Assembly: GCA_045657405.1 (NCBI GenBank) | Contig: JAZOTB010000002.1 | Location: 32,523-96,522 of the forward strand | Source: Candidatus Enterousia sp. | GTDB taxonomy: Bacteria; Pseudomonadota; Alphaproteobacteria; Rs-D84 | Direction: 5' to 3' | DNA length: 64,000 bases | Shown: positions 45,890 to 55,188 of the stretch, piece after piece | Layout: every line of letters begins with the position of its first letter | Position numbering within the stretch: position 1 is the stretch's first letter | Translations under genes and position numbers: made by a program | Notes under the pieces: model-generated | Database searches by the model: none | Told to the model about the DNA's origin: nothing | What the model saw: only the letters and a program-made list of their open reading frames with translations

Positions 45890-47658
45890 TCTTTTTTTAA
45901 CAAACTTTGTACCGCTAATGGAAAATCGGGTGCATTTGCTAAATAAGAACCAGACACCAACATATTAGCACCCGCATCCCAACATAATTGAGCGTTTTTA
46001 TCATTTATTCCACCATCAACAGATATTACAAATTTCAAACCGTATTTCTTGCGGGTGGCTGCCAGCACAGATATTTTATGTAAACACGATGGTTCAAAAG
46101 ATTGGCCTGCTGCACCTGGGTGTACAGACATAATCATAACTTCGTCTATATCACGTAATACACTTTTTAACAACGATACAGATGATTCTGGATTTAACGC
46201 AATACCAACACGTTTACCAGATGCACGTATAGTTCTTATTGCTGCACGTAGGCCAGATGTATTTGTTGACAATATAATCGTATCAGCACCAGCAGATATC
46301 GCATCTGCAGCCCAAACATTTGGACTTTCTGTCATCAAGTGTACATGTAAATGAGCATTTGTTCTGCTGCGTATTTGGCGTAATTCCTCAATACTGCCTG
46401 CAATTTTATCAACATAAAAACCATCCATGATATCTACATGAATCATTGATATCCCACCAGAATAAAACAAACTATATGTTTCGGGTCTTGACATATCAAA
46501 ACATAATGTACTTGGCAAAATCGGAATAAATTGTGGGCGTTTTGTCGTCTTTTTATGAAATATGCCGCGTATTTTATTTAATCTTTGATTCCATCTTTCG
46601 CGTTTTGCAATATATTTTTCACGATGCGTAGATTCTTCGGACCAAATAAATTCAGATAAACCACGAACTGTTGCATCAATAGACATTAATTCTGTTGTTG
46701 TTGCAAAAGCGTTTTCAATAAAATCACGTAAGCCTGTTATTTCTGCCCCACCACCCGTTAATATAATTTTCGTTGGTTTATATTTTGTAAAATGTGAAAA
46801 ACAACTGTCTTTGATTTTTCCTATGATGTCGGCCAGCATTGGTAATACAACCTCGTTAATATCCGATCTGGAAAAATCATACGCTGTGTCCGCAGGTGTA
46901 AAGCGGTCCATCTGAGTTGGAACTAACGATGAAACAGAAACTTTTATTCTGTCTGCATCTTCCATACTTAAACCAAATTTTTCTGATATAGAACGTGTTA
47001 TATCGGTTCCACCAAGTGCAATTTTTGTATGCCATACCGGTCCACGATCTGTCCAAATTGACGCACTGGTATATTCTGCGCCAAAATCTATAAACATTGT
47101 TGTCTGTTTACGAGTACGATAAACAAAATTTTGAATAAACTGAGGGTCATAAAATCCAATTGGCTGAATACAGGCTTGACGTAAATAATCATAAATTTTA
47201 TCAACACCAGAATACGAATAATATATTACACCAAACGCAGAAATTAACCGTTTATCAACATATCCAATTGGCGATACAACATTACGCGCCATCAATGTAT
47301 CATAACGTAATGGTACGATATGCATTGGGAAAAAACCATCTTCTGATGATATCTGTGATATCTGATTATGAATATCAGAAGAACTAATTTTATGTTCCCC
47401 AGACCAAGCGGTACTTTTTGCCATCATTTCAAAATTAGACGGACCAAGATTACCTGTAATATATGCAGAATCAAAATGTCTGCCCAATTGTTTTTCAAGT
47501 TCATCAACCACTGAATTTACTGCAAAAACAGTATCCGAACTGTCCACTGCAAAAAAAGCAGATTTTTCAATATTTGCACTGCGTACTCGATGCGCAATTC
47601 CACGCACACCATGTGTACCTATATCCAGACACAAAAAAGAAGAATCTAATAAATTCAT
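45886..47658 (-). CDS. ftsA: FtsA-like cell division protein fused in frame to ribulose-phosphate 3-epimerase
   Basis: Residues 1 to about 380: LCLDIGTHGVRG, ILTGGGAEITGLRDFIENAF, then an amphipathic RWNQRLNKIRGIFHKK like the FtsA membrane tail. Residues about 385 to 590: IPILPSTLCFD...IHVDIMDG...HVHLM...MSVHPGAAGQ...SVDGGI, a complete Rpe TIM barrel. No stop codon lies between the two parts. Confidence 0.8.
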   Translation of the reverse strand: MNLLDSSFLCLDIGTHGVRGIAHRVRSANIEKSAFFAVDSSDTVFAVNSVVDELEKQLGRHFDSAYITGNLGPSNFEMMAKSTAWSGEHKISSSDIHNQISQISSEDGFFPMHIVPLRYDTLMARNVVSPIGYVDKRLISAFGVIYYSYSGVDKIYDYLRQACIQPIGFYDPQFIQNFVYRTRKQTTMFIDFGAEYTSASIWTDRGPVWHTKIALGGTDITRSISEKFGLSMEDADRIKVSVSSLVPTQMDRFTPADTAYDFSRSDINEVVLPMLADIIGKIKDSCFSHFTKYKPTKIILTGGGAEITGLRDFIENAFATTTELMSIDATVRGLSEFIWSEESTHREKYIAKRERWNQRLNKIRGIFHKKTTKRPQFIPILPSTLCFDMSRPETYSLFYSGGISMIHVDIMDGFYVDKIAGSIEELRQIRSRTNAHLHVHLMTESPNVWAADAISAGADTIILSTNTSGLRAAIRTIRASGKRVGIALNPESSVSLLKSVLRDIDEVMIMSVHPGAAGQSFEPSCLHKISVLAATRKKYGLKFVISVDGGINDKNAQLCWDAGANMLVSGSYLANAPDFPLAVQSLLKKE

Positions 47659-47664
47659 TTCGTT

Positions 47665-48345
47665 TTATTTTACCAATATACGTGCAGAATCACGCATATC
47701 TATAACATCAATATCTTTGTCCAAGATACCATGGTTTTTGTTTAATGTTATTAATGTTGCAATCGCAGATACCGGGTCTTGTTCTGGCAACATGATTATC
47801 AAACCATCGTTTGTATAAATGTTCCAACGACGATTTTCAATCCATTCCATATAGTCAAGATAACCAACTAAATTATGCGCAGCATTTGTTATTTCTGCAA
47901 TATCGTTTGGTAATTCGCCACGAAAAACAACATGCGATTCATCGCGAACATCTGTTGGTTTATTAACAATTGTGCCGTCTGCTGATAACGGGAAAAAACT
48001 TTGACCATCTGTCCACAATGCAACGGCACGATATAATGATACTTTTACAGAAATATTACCATTTGGCATACGACGGACAGCAGCCTTTTTTATTCCAGGC
48101 ACCTTTAACGCACGATTTTTCAACATGTCTAAATTAACAGAATATGCATTTGTATTTGGTGCAAGTGTGACAATAGAAACCAACGAAGATAAATCTGCAT
48201 CTGTTTTGTCTGCGGATATAGATATATTATGCACCTTGGCTACAGGACCATACCCCATGCTGGACATCGCAATACGTACACAGAAATATATTGCAAATAT
48301 AATTGCAACGACAAAAGACACCCAAAACCAAATTGACTTTTTCAT
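47665..48345 (-). CDS. ftsQ: cell division protein FtsQ
   Basis: N-terminal TM helix, then a POTRA-like region (V..I.I........L.....) and the FtsQ beta domain. Sits directly upstream of ftsA. Confidence 0.75.
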   Translation of the reverse strand: MKKSIWFWVSFVVAIIFAIYFCVRIAMSSMGYGPVAKVHNISISADKTDADLSSLVSIVTLAPNTNAYSVNLDMLKNRALKVPGIKKAAVRRMPNGNISVKVSLYRAVALWTDGQSFFPLSADGTIVNKPTDVRDESHVVFRGELPNDIAEITNAAHNLVGYLDYMEWIENRRWNIYTNDGLIIMLPEQDPVSAIATLITLNKNHGILDKDIDVIDMRDSARILVK

Positions 48346-48352
48346 AAGTATA

Positions 48353-48361
48353 ATTATATCA
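48353..48361 (-). promoter_or_regulatory. extended -10 element TGATATAAT, 7 nt upstream of the ftsQ ATG
   Basis: On the - strand: TG-a-TATAAT, then tatactt, then ATG (48345). No SD. Confidence 0.4.
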
Positions 48362-48384
48362 CAAAAAAACCTGCAATGCAGGTT
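48361..48384 (-). terminator. intrinsic terminator 2 downstream of the Cys-rich protein gene
   Basis: On the - strand: AACCTG-cattg-CAGGTT followed by a T-run. Confidence 0.6.
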
Positions 48385-48390
48385 ATTTTT

Positions 48391-48417
48391 ACAAAAATTA
48401 AACCCGCTTTTGCGGGC
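48391..48417 (-). terminator. intrinsic terminator 1 downstream of the Cys-rich protein gene
   Basis: On the - strand: CCCGC-aaaa-GCGGG followed by TTTAATTTTT. Confidence 0.6.
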
Positions 48418-48423
48418 TTAATT

Positions 48424-50607
48424 TTAATTGTTACTTTCTGGCTTTGTCCAATTACGTATATTCCAGTTTTCATCAGAACCTTTGACATCTGTCATATCAA
48501 CACCCATTGCATTACGCAAGCAATATTCACGTAACTGTACAGATGATGATGCCTTGGTTACATTTGAATCTGTCTGATATTCTGGTTCAAACTTAGACAA
48601 ATCGCCTGTGTATGCACCATTCAAGATTTCATTTAATGTAACAATATTGCGACATGTATTTGTCTTGTAATCTTGAGTATTTTTGCAAGATTCACTGTCT
48701 TGTTCATTAATAACAGCCAAGAATTGTGCATCGCTTGGTGTACAAATCATTTCTTCATAGCAGTGTGGAACGTTTGCCATTTGTGCACAATATGTCTTTA
48801 TACGTGCTGTTGGCCATGTTGGTTCACTGTCTGCTGTTTCTGTATAACAGTCATATATTTCTGTTAAACATTCATTAAAGTTAGACATAGCAGATTGTGC
48901 AGCCGTCAAAATTTGTTCTTTTTCTTCATTTGCAAATTCTAAACGTTTCTGACGTAATGCCTGTTGTGCAGCAACTTTTTGATAACCAATATTTTGTGCA
49001 GCAACACGCAACTGTTCGCCATAAAGATCACAGTCTGCATTTGCATCCAACAAATATTTATTTATGATGCTGCGACGTGCATCAGCAACCGGTCCACGCA
49101 AACTTGAATAAGGATCGCCAGAACTGGTTGTATAACCAAAGCACGCGGCACTGCTGTTAACAGTAGATGTTGTACCACGTTCATTTAATGTAATATTACC
49201 ATCTGAACTGACTTCTACATTAGAGTTATAGTTAAAAGGACAATTTGAAGATTGACCTGTGGCACATTTACCACCAAATGATGCAGGTGAACCACATGCT
49301 TCGTAAATTCCATTAAAACAAGAATCCAGAACACGAGAACATACATTATCGTGTGCATATTCAAATAAATCATATCCCCATGTTGTTGCCAATGTATCTG
49401 CAGATGCATCTGTAGTGTTAAACGCACCACCAATACCAGCCAAATTACCAACAACATTTGAAACATTCTCAAAAGCAGATAAAACATTATCATTATTTTC
49501 TGTCAAAATAGTGATTGTATTATCTTTTGCATCTGCCCATGCTTGTAATGATGCCAAGATGTCAGAACCACTACCATCAATATTTGCAACATCAAATCCA
49601 AAATTATTTCCAGTTGATTTACAATAAGATGGTTGTGGACATGTTTCTGCGCTTTCATAAATACCATGACTGTTGCACCATTGTTTTGCTTCGTCAGATG
49701 TCCAAGAACCTTCTTTGTATGCTTCCTTCCAAGAAACACAATTCATAACCTTTTCTGCATCGGTTAATTTAAAGGCATCAGAAACATCTTTACCTTTGTT
49801 TGCAACCAACAATGCCAATTCACCGGAAACCTTTATCAATTCTTCATTTGCTGTTTCCAATGATGCTTCTGCATCTGCAAATGCCTTGACACGTCCAGCA
49901 CATGCACAACGACGTTGTGCAGCATTACGTGCAGTACAAATTTCATCCATACATGTATAGTAAGATTCCAAACAGTTGCTGTACGCATCGGCTGATATCA
50001 TACCAGTAGAAGAATCAATAATATTTGAATAATTACCTGTGTATAATTTTGTATTCAAATATGAATATGTAGATGTTGATGTAGCCTTGGAACCACGAAT
50101 TGCGCTGCCTTGCAAAGAAATACGTGCATTATTTGCAGCATCTGTTGTCGCAGTTCTAGAACGAACTGTACGTGTACGTGTTGCAGTTGCACGATTTGCA
50201 TTAGTGTTTTGACGTGATACAACATTACGTGTTGCGCCAGCACCGGTGTTACGAGATGTCACAGCATTAGAACGTGGATTAACCGCACTGCGCGATACAA
50301 CATTACGTTTTGCAACATTGCGTATAGGCTGAAGAGAAGATGCAACACTGCGAACTGTGCTACGTGCAACATTTGTACGCTGTGCAGTTTGTTTGTTTCG
50401 TGGGCTGGCACGACCGGTTGTACGTGCATTATTACCAGCACGTTGTGCCTGTGGACCAACGAACATTTCTTCGTCAACAGGTGCAATTGGATCAGCCAAT
50501 ACGGCACGCATTGATAAAAATGTTGAACATACAAAAAACGCACCCGCCAACAAGAAAACTGTACTTACAGCATTCTTTAATGATTCTGCGACTGTTTTGG
50601 TTTTCAT
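48424..50607 (-). CDS. secreted protein with an Arg/Asn/Ser/Thr-rich repeat region and a large Cys-rich domain (727 aa), function unknown
   Basis: Start trimmed to MKTKTVAESLKNAVSTVFLLAGAFFVCSTFLSMRAVLA (signal peptide) with a GGGAGAAG SD. Repeats of the RNVVSR / RS.V.S type follow. The C-terminal ~540 aa contain 24 Cys by my count plus coiled-coil-like stretches. Confidence 0.6.
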   Translation of the reverse strand: MKTKTVAESLKNAVSTVFLLAGAFFVCSTFLSMRAVLADPIAPVDEEMFVGPQAQRAGNNARTTGRASPRNKQTAQRTNVARSTVRSVASSLQPIRNVAKRNVVSRSAVNPRSNAVTSRNTGAGATRNVVSRQNTNANRATATRTRTVRSRTATTDAANNARISLQGSAIRGSKATSTSTYSYLNTKLYTGNYSNIIDSSTGMISADAYSNCLESYYTCMDEICTARNAAQRRCACAGRVKAFADAEASLETANEELIKVSGELALLVANKGKDVSDAFKLTDAEKVMNCVSWKEAYKEGSWTSDEAKQWCNSHGIYESAETCPQPSYCKSTGNNFGFDVANIDGSGSDILASLQAWADAKDNTITILTENNDNVLSAFENVSNVVGNLAGIGGAFNTTDASADTLATTWGYDLFEYAHDNVCSRVLDSCFNGIYEACGSPASFGGKCATGQSSNCPFNYNSNVEVSSDGNITLNERGTTSTVNSSAACFGYTTSSGDPYSSLRGPVADARRSIINKYLLDANADCDLYGEQLRVAAQNIGYQKVAAQQALRQKRLEFANEEKEQILTAAQSAMSNFNECLTEIYDCYTETADSEPTWPTARIKTYCAQMANVPHCYEEMICTPSDAQFLAVINEQDSESCKNTQDYKTNTCRNIVTLNEILNGAYTGDLSKFEPEYQTDSNVTKASSSVQLREYCLRNAMGVDMTDVKGSDENWNIRNWTKPESNN

Positions 50608-50712
50608 AAAACTTCTCCCTGTGTTCTGAGATTCCCCAGAATTCCAACCTTTTAACGCATTATGTACAACATAATACATTCTTAATATATTTGATTATAA
50701 CAATTTTTTATC

Positions 50713-50746
50713 GGTCTGTAAACAACAATTACAGGTCTTTTTTATT
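50713..50746 (+). terminator. orphan terminator-like hairpin in the valS upstream region
   Basis: GGTCTGTAA-caacaa-TTACAGGTC (9 bp including 2 G-U) followed by T6. No + strand gene lies upstream. Confidence 0.4.
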
Positions 50747-50822
50747 ATCGTTTGATGCTTGAAATTTCTTTTTATTTTGATACGATAAGGTGCGAATAAT
50801 TTTAGACAAACAGGATAAAAAC

Positions 50823-53225
50823 ATGAATATTGAACTTGGAAAAAACATCAGTCCACGTGAAATTGAAACAAAAATCCAGGAATTCTGGGATAAAAATGAT
50901 TTCTGGGCAAATAATGTAAATTCAGAAAAAACACCTTTTTGTGTTATGATGCCACCACCAAATGTAACTGGCAATTTACATATGGGACATGCGTTGGACA
51001 ATGTTTTAACAGATATCATGTGTCGCTATAAACGTATGGCTGGTTTTGATGTTTTATGGCAACCAGGTACAGACCACGCATCAATCGCAACACAATTGTT
51101 AGTTGAACGTGACTTGTCAAAACGTGGAATAAATCCAAAAGCATTAACTTTGGATGAAAAATTACAGGCTGCATGGGATTGGACCAAGGAATATGGTGGT
51201 CAAATTATATCACAGTTGCACACTTTGGGGGCAACACCTGTATGGAAACGTGAAAGATTTACAATGGATGCAGGTTTGTCACGAAACGTATTAAAACTGT
51301 TTGTAAAAATGTATAACGAAGGTTTGATTTACCGTGATAAACGACTGGTTAACTGGTGTCCAAAACAACAAACATCTGTTTCCGATTTAGAGATTGAAAC
51401 ACGCGAGGAACACGGCAAGTTTTATTATTTCAATTATCAGTTAACTGATGGCGGTGTAATTGAAATCGCAACAACACGTCCTGAAACATTGTTTGGCGAC
51501 CAAGCGATTGCAGTTCATCCTGAAAACGAAAAATTAAAACACTTGATTGGAAAGAAAGCTATTATCCCTTTAACAAATATTGAAATTCCAATTATTGGTG
51601 ACGAACATGCAGACCCAGAAAAAGGTACAGGCGCGGTAAAAATTACACCTGCGCACGACTTTGATGACTACGAAGTTGGTTTACGTCATAATCTGACACC
51701 TGTTTGCATTTTAACACCTGATGCTAAATTAAATGATAATCCTGTTGTACCAGAAAAATATCGTGGTATGGATAGATATGTTGCACGCAAGGCTATTTTA
51801 GAAGACATAGAAGCAGCAGGTTTATTAGTAAAAGTTGAAGACAAAGTTATTCCAACACCATATTCTGAACGTGGCGGTGTTCCTGTTGAACCATACTTAA
51901 CAGACCAATGGTTTGTTGATGCAGAAAAGTTAGCAATACCTGCAATCAAGGCTGTAGAAGACGGTAAAATTAAGTTCTTGCCTGAACATCGTTATAACTT
52001 GTTTATGTCATGGATGAAAAACATTCGTCCTTGGACAATTTCACGCCAATTATGGTGGGGTCATCAAATTCCTGCATGGTATGATGAACAAGGAAATATT
52101 TATGTTGCAGAAAACGAAGAAGATGCAATCAAATTATCTGGCGGTAAAAAACTAAGACAAGAAACAGATACTTTGGACACATGGTTTTCATCTGGATTAT
52201 GGCCATTTTCAACACTGGGCTGGCCAGAAGATACTGCAGAATTAAAGAAATATTTCCCAACAGAATATTTATGTACAGGTTCTGATCTTATATTCTTCTG
52301 GGTTGCACGTATGATAATGATGTCTATTTACGCAACAGGCGAAGTTCCATTCAAGACTGTTTACATGCATGGTATGGTCGTTGACTCTAAAGGCAAAAAA
52401 ATGTCAAAAAGCAAAGGCAACGGAACAGACCCAATGGATGCAGTAAACAAGTTTGGTGTTGATGCTTTACGTTATTGGATTGCAACTGCACCAATTGGAA
52501 CAAATCTGCCATACATAGAAGATGAAGTTAAACGAGGCTCTAAACTGCTGAATAAACTGTGGAACGCATCAAAGTATGTTTTAATGAATTTAACAGACTT
52601 TGAACCAGAAACAGCACAACAAATTCCTGTATCTGAACGCTTTATAGAAGACAGATGGGTATTAAGTGAATTAAACAAAGCAATTTCAGAAACACGCAAG
52701 AATTTGGATAAGTACTATAATTACAACGCACGCAGTGCTATTGATACATTCTTTTGGGATATATTCTGTGACCAATATTTAGAATTTATCAAAGACCGTT
52801 TCTGGGCACCAGAAAAATACACCGCAGAATCAAAACTGTCTGCACAGTGGACATTGTACACAGTATTACGTGCAATAATTGGTTTGTATGCACCGTTTAT
52901 ACCGTTTTTAACCGAAGAACTGTGGCAAAAGATTTACAAATCAACCGAAGGTGGTGAAACATTACACCTGACAGAATATCCAACTGTAAAATCTGAATAT
53001 AACACAGATGTAGAACAGATGAATATCGCTTTGGATTTGTTAAAAAATGTTCGCGGTATGCGTACAGAACGCAAGGTTGGAAATGGCGCAAAACTGGAAA
53101 CGCTAACTATTCCATCTGAAACACCAGATATATTGCATGGGTTAATTAAATCCGCCGCACGTGCAAACGAAATTATATTAGGTGACACATTAGATTTTGT
53201 TGTTCTACAAAACATCCAAGGATAG
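50823..53225 (+). CDS. valS: valyl-tRNA synthetase
   Basis: Start trimmed to MNIELGKNISPREIE (CAGGA SD). PPPNVTGNLHMGH (HIGH); KMSKSKGN (KMSKS); editing domain. Short form without the long coiled-coil tail. Confidence 0.95.
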   Translation: MNIELGKNISPREIETKIQEFWDKNDFWANNVNSEKTPFCVMMPPPNVTGNLHMGHALDNVLTDIMCRYKRMAGFDVLWQPGTDHASIATQLLVERDLSKRGINPKALTLDEKLQAAWDWTKEYGGQIISQLHTLGATPVWKRERFTMDAGLSRNVLKLFVKMYNEGLIYRDKRLVNWCPKQQTSVSDLEIETREEHGKFYYFNYQLTDGGVIEIATTRPETLFGDQAIAVHPENEKLKHLIGKKAIIPLTNIEIPIIGDEHADPEKGTGAVKITPAHDFDDYEVGLRHNLTPVCILTPDAKLNDNPVVPEKYRGMDRYVARKAILEDIEAAGLLVKVEDKVIPTPYSERGGVPVEPYLTDQWFVDAEKLAIPAIKAVEDGKIKFLPEHRYNLFMSWMKNIRPWTISRQLWWGHQIPAWYDEQGNIYVAENEEDAIKLSGGKKLRQETDTLDTWFSSGLWPFSTLGWPEDTAELKKYFPTEYLCTGSDLIFFWVARMIMMSIYATGEVPFKTVYMHGMVVDSKGKKMSKSKGNGTDPMDAVNKFGVDALRYWIATAPIGTNLPYIEDEVKRGSKLLNKLWNASKYVLMNLTDFEPETAQQIPVSERFIEDRWVLSELNKAISETRKNLDKYYNYNARSAIDTFFWDIFCDQYLEFIKDRFWAPEKYTAESKLSAQWTLYTVLRAIIGLYAPFIPFLTEELWQKIYKSTEGGETLHLTEYPTVKSEYNTDVEQMNIALDLLKNVRGMRTERKVGNGAKLETLTIPSETPDILHGLIKSAARANEIILGDTLDFVVLQNIQG

Positions 53226-53957
53226 ATGATGGTAAAAAAATTAGTAGAAACCAGAATTCTACAAGCGTATCAATGCGATAGATTTGGTTATGTTCGTCCG
53301 TTAATTTTAATGAACGAACTTCAATCTATTGCGGACCGACATGCTGAGATTTTAGGTTGCGGACGAACTTATTGCTTAAAAAACAATATCGGCTGGGTTG
53401 TAATGTACTATCTTGTTGATATTGTTGAATTACCACAAGAAGGCGAAGAACTTACCTTTACTACATGGCCATCATGTCAAGATGCACTGCGTGCAACACG
53501 TGATTTTGAAATTCGCGGTGCAGATGGCAGATTAATGGTACGCGCAACTTCACAGTGGATTTTAATTGATATGACGCATCGCAGACCATTACCGCTGGCA
53601 AACCACTTGTCACCAGACGTTGTAACACCAATACGTTCATACAATTGTGCGTTTGAAAAATTCCCGGATTTTGAAACAAACAAAACCCATATCATGAAAT
53701 GTCGTTTTGATGACATTGATGTTAATCAACATATAAACAATGCTGTTTATGCAGTATGGGCAACAGAAAGTGTCGGATACACATATCGCACACAACATAA
53801 ATTAAAAAAGATTAATATACAATTCAAAAAAGAAGTTAACCCTGATACACCAGAAATTCAAATTGATGTTGCAATTGATGGACTGGTATCACGTCATAAA
53901 ATAAAATCAGGTGATACCGAAAATGCGATTGTAATCTGTCATTGGGAAAAAATATAA
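53226..53957 (+). CDS. acyl-ACP thioesterase
   Basis: Double hot-dog pattern: ...D..G.......L...Q..A..H...LG......L......WV..........P..GE.L....W. The second half carries DID.N.H.NN..Y. Abuts the valS stop. Confidence 0.75.
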   Translation: MMVKKLVETRILQAYQCDRFGYVRPLILMNELQSIADRHAEILGCGRTYCLKNNIGWVVMYYLVDIVELPQEGEELTFTTWPSCQDALRATRDFEIRGADGRLMVRATSQWILIDMTHRRPLPLANHLSPDVVTPIRSYNCAFEKFPDFETNKTHIMKCRFDDIDVNQHINNAVYAVWATESVGYTYRTQHKLKKINIQFKKEVNPDTPEIQIDVAIDGLVSRHKIKSGDTENAIVICHWEKI

Positions 53958-53985
53958 AAAAGCCGGTAAATACCGGCTTTTTTTA
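53955..53985. terminator. bidirectional intrinsic terminator (GCCGGT-aaat-ACCGGC)
   Basis: A6, 6-bp stem, T7. The core is identical to 25597..25627. Confidence 0.8.
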
Positions 53986-55188
53986 TCTTCTTGGACCACC
54001 ACCCATCGGACCATGTGGCATACCATTATTCTTTTTTTGTGGCGTTGCACCAACACGACCAGTTACAACTTTGTCACCAACTTGAATTTCATCAGAAAGA
54101 ATTTCTGTTTCTGTAGCGGTTGATAAACCTTTTTGATATGGAATAAACATCAAATTATCATCACGCAAAATAGCCATATGTGTTTGTGGTGTCGCACCAT
54201 TTGTATTATCTGTAATATTATTAAAATTACGTACTAGAAATGCAGAATTAGATGCTTTCCATACATTTTCACGTTCAGATATGATAATTGTTACAAATGC
54301 TGTCATGCCGGGCATCAAACGTAAATCTGTATTATCAACGTTTATAACAACAGTATATACAACAACGTTTGATGTTGTTGTCGGCGATAAACGAATTTGA
54401 CGAACAACACCTTGGAAAGTTTCTGTTGGGTATGCATCAACAGAAAAGGTTACAACTTGACCTTCTTTGATTACACCAATATCCGCCTCTGATACAGATG
54501 TTTCTATTTGCATTTTTGTTAAATCTTCGGCAATTTCAAATAAATCTGGTGTTTGAAAAGATGCGGCAACAGTTTGTCCAACATCCACTTTACGTGAAAT
54601 AACAGTACCATCTACCGGAGATAAAATTGTTGCATATCCAAGATTTGTTACAGCACGATCATATGTTGATTGTGCACGTTTAACAGACTGTTCTGACTGT
54701 TCGTATTGTGTTTGCGATTGTTCCATTTCTGCACGTGATATCATATCGCCTTCGTATAACATTTTGTTTCTTTTGTATTCATTTTTTGCAAAATTTCTTT
54801 GCGATACAGCACTATCCAAAGAAGCCTTGGCTTCATCAACAGATGCCTGTAATACAGACGGATCAATCGTTAATAAAATATCACCTTTTTTTACTTTGGA
54901 ATTAAAATCTACGTACAGTTTATCAATTGTTCCAGAAACCTGAGAACCAACATTTACAGTATTAACAGGTTGTATTTCACCAGTCGCACTAACAACTTGA
55001 CGTAAATCACCACGTGTAATTTTTATCGTTATATATTCTGTCTTGTCGCTTGATTTTCCAACAAAGTAATATATCGCACCACCGATTAATATTAACAATA
55101 TTAAAACCCACCATTTTTTACGCCATAAAAAACTAAAAAAACGACCGACCAAAGATTTTTTATTTATATTATTTTTCGCCATTTTCAC
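53983..55188 (-). CDS. efflux transporter periplasmic adaptor (HlyD/MacA family)
   Basis: N-terminal TM anchor, lipoyl-like and coiled-coil hairpin regions (QASVDEAKASLDSAVSQRNFAKNEYKRNKML...), beta-barrel and MP domains. Confidence 0.85.
   Translation of the reverse strand: MKMAKNNINKKSLVGRFFSFLWRKKWWVLILLILIGGAIYYFVGKSSDKTEYITIKITRGDLRQVVSATGEIQPVNTVNVGSQVSGTIDKLYVDFNSKVKKGDILLTIDPSVLQASVDEAKASLDSAVSQRNFAKNEYKRNKMLYEGDMISRAEMEQSQTQYEQSEQSVKRAQSTYDRAVTNLGYATILSPVDGTVISRKVDVGQTVAASFQTPDLFEIAEDLTKMQIETSVSEADIGVIKEGQVVTFSVDAYPTETFQGVVRQIRLSPTTTSNVVVYTVVINVDNTDLRLMPGMTAFVTIIISERENVWKASNSAFLVRNFNNITDNTNGATPQTHMAILRDDNLMFIPYQKGLSTATETEILSDEIQVGDKVVTGRVGATPQKKNNGMPHGPMGGGPRR

Noticed and set aside
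50662-50685. Mini-ORF MYNIIHS upstream of valS as a possible Val leader peptide
   Set aside because: It has no Val codons and no SD or leaderless geometry, so it does not parallel the ileS leader.
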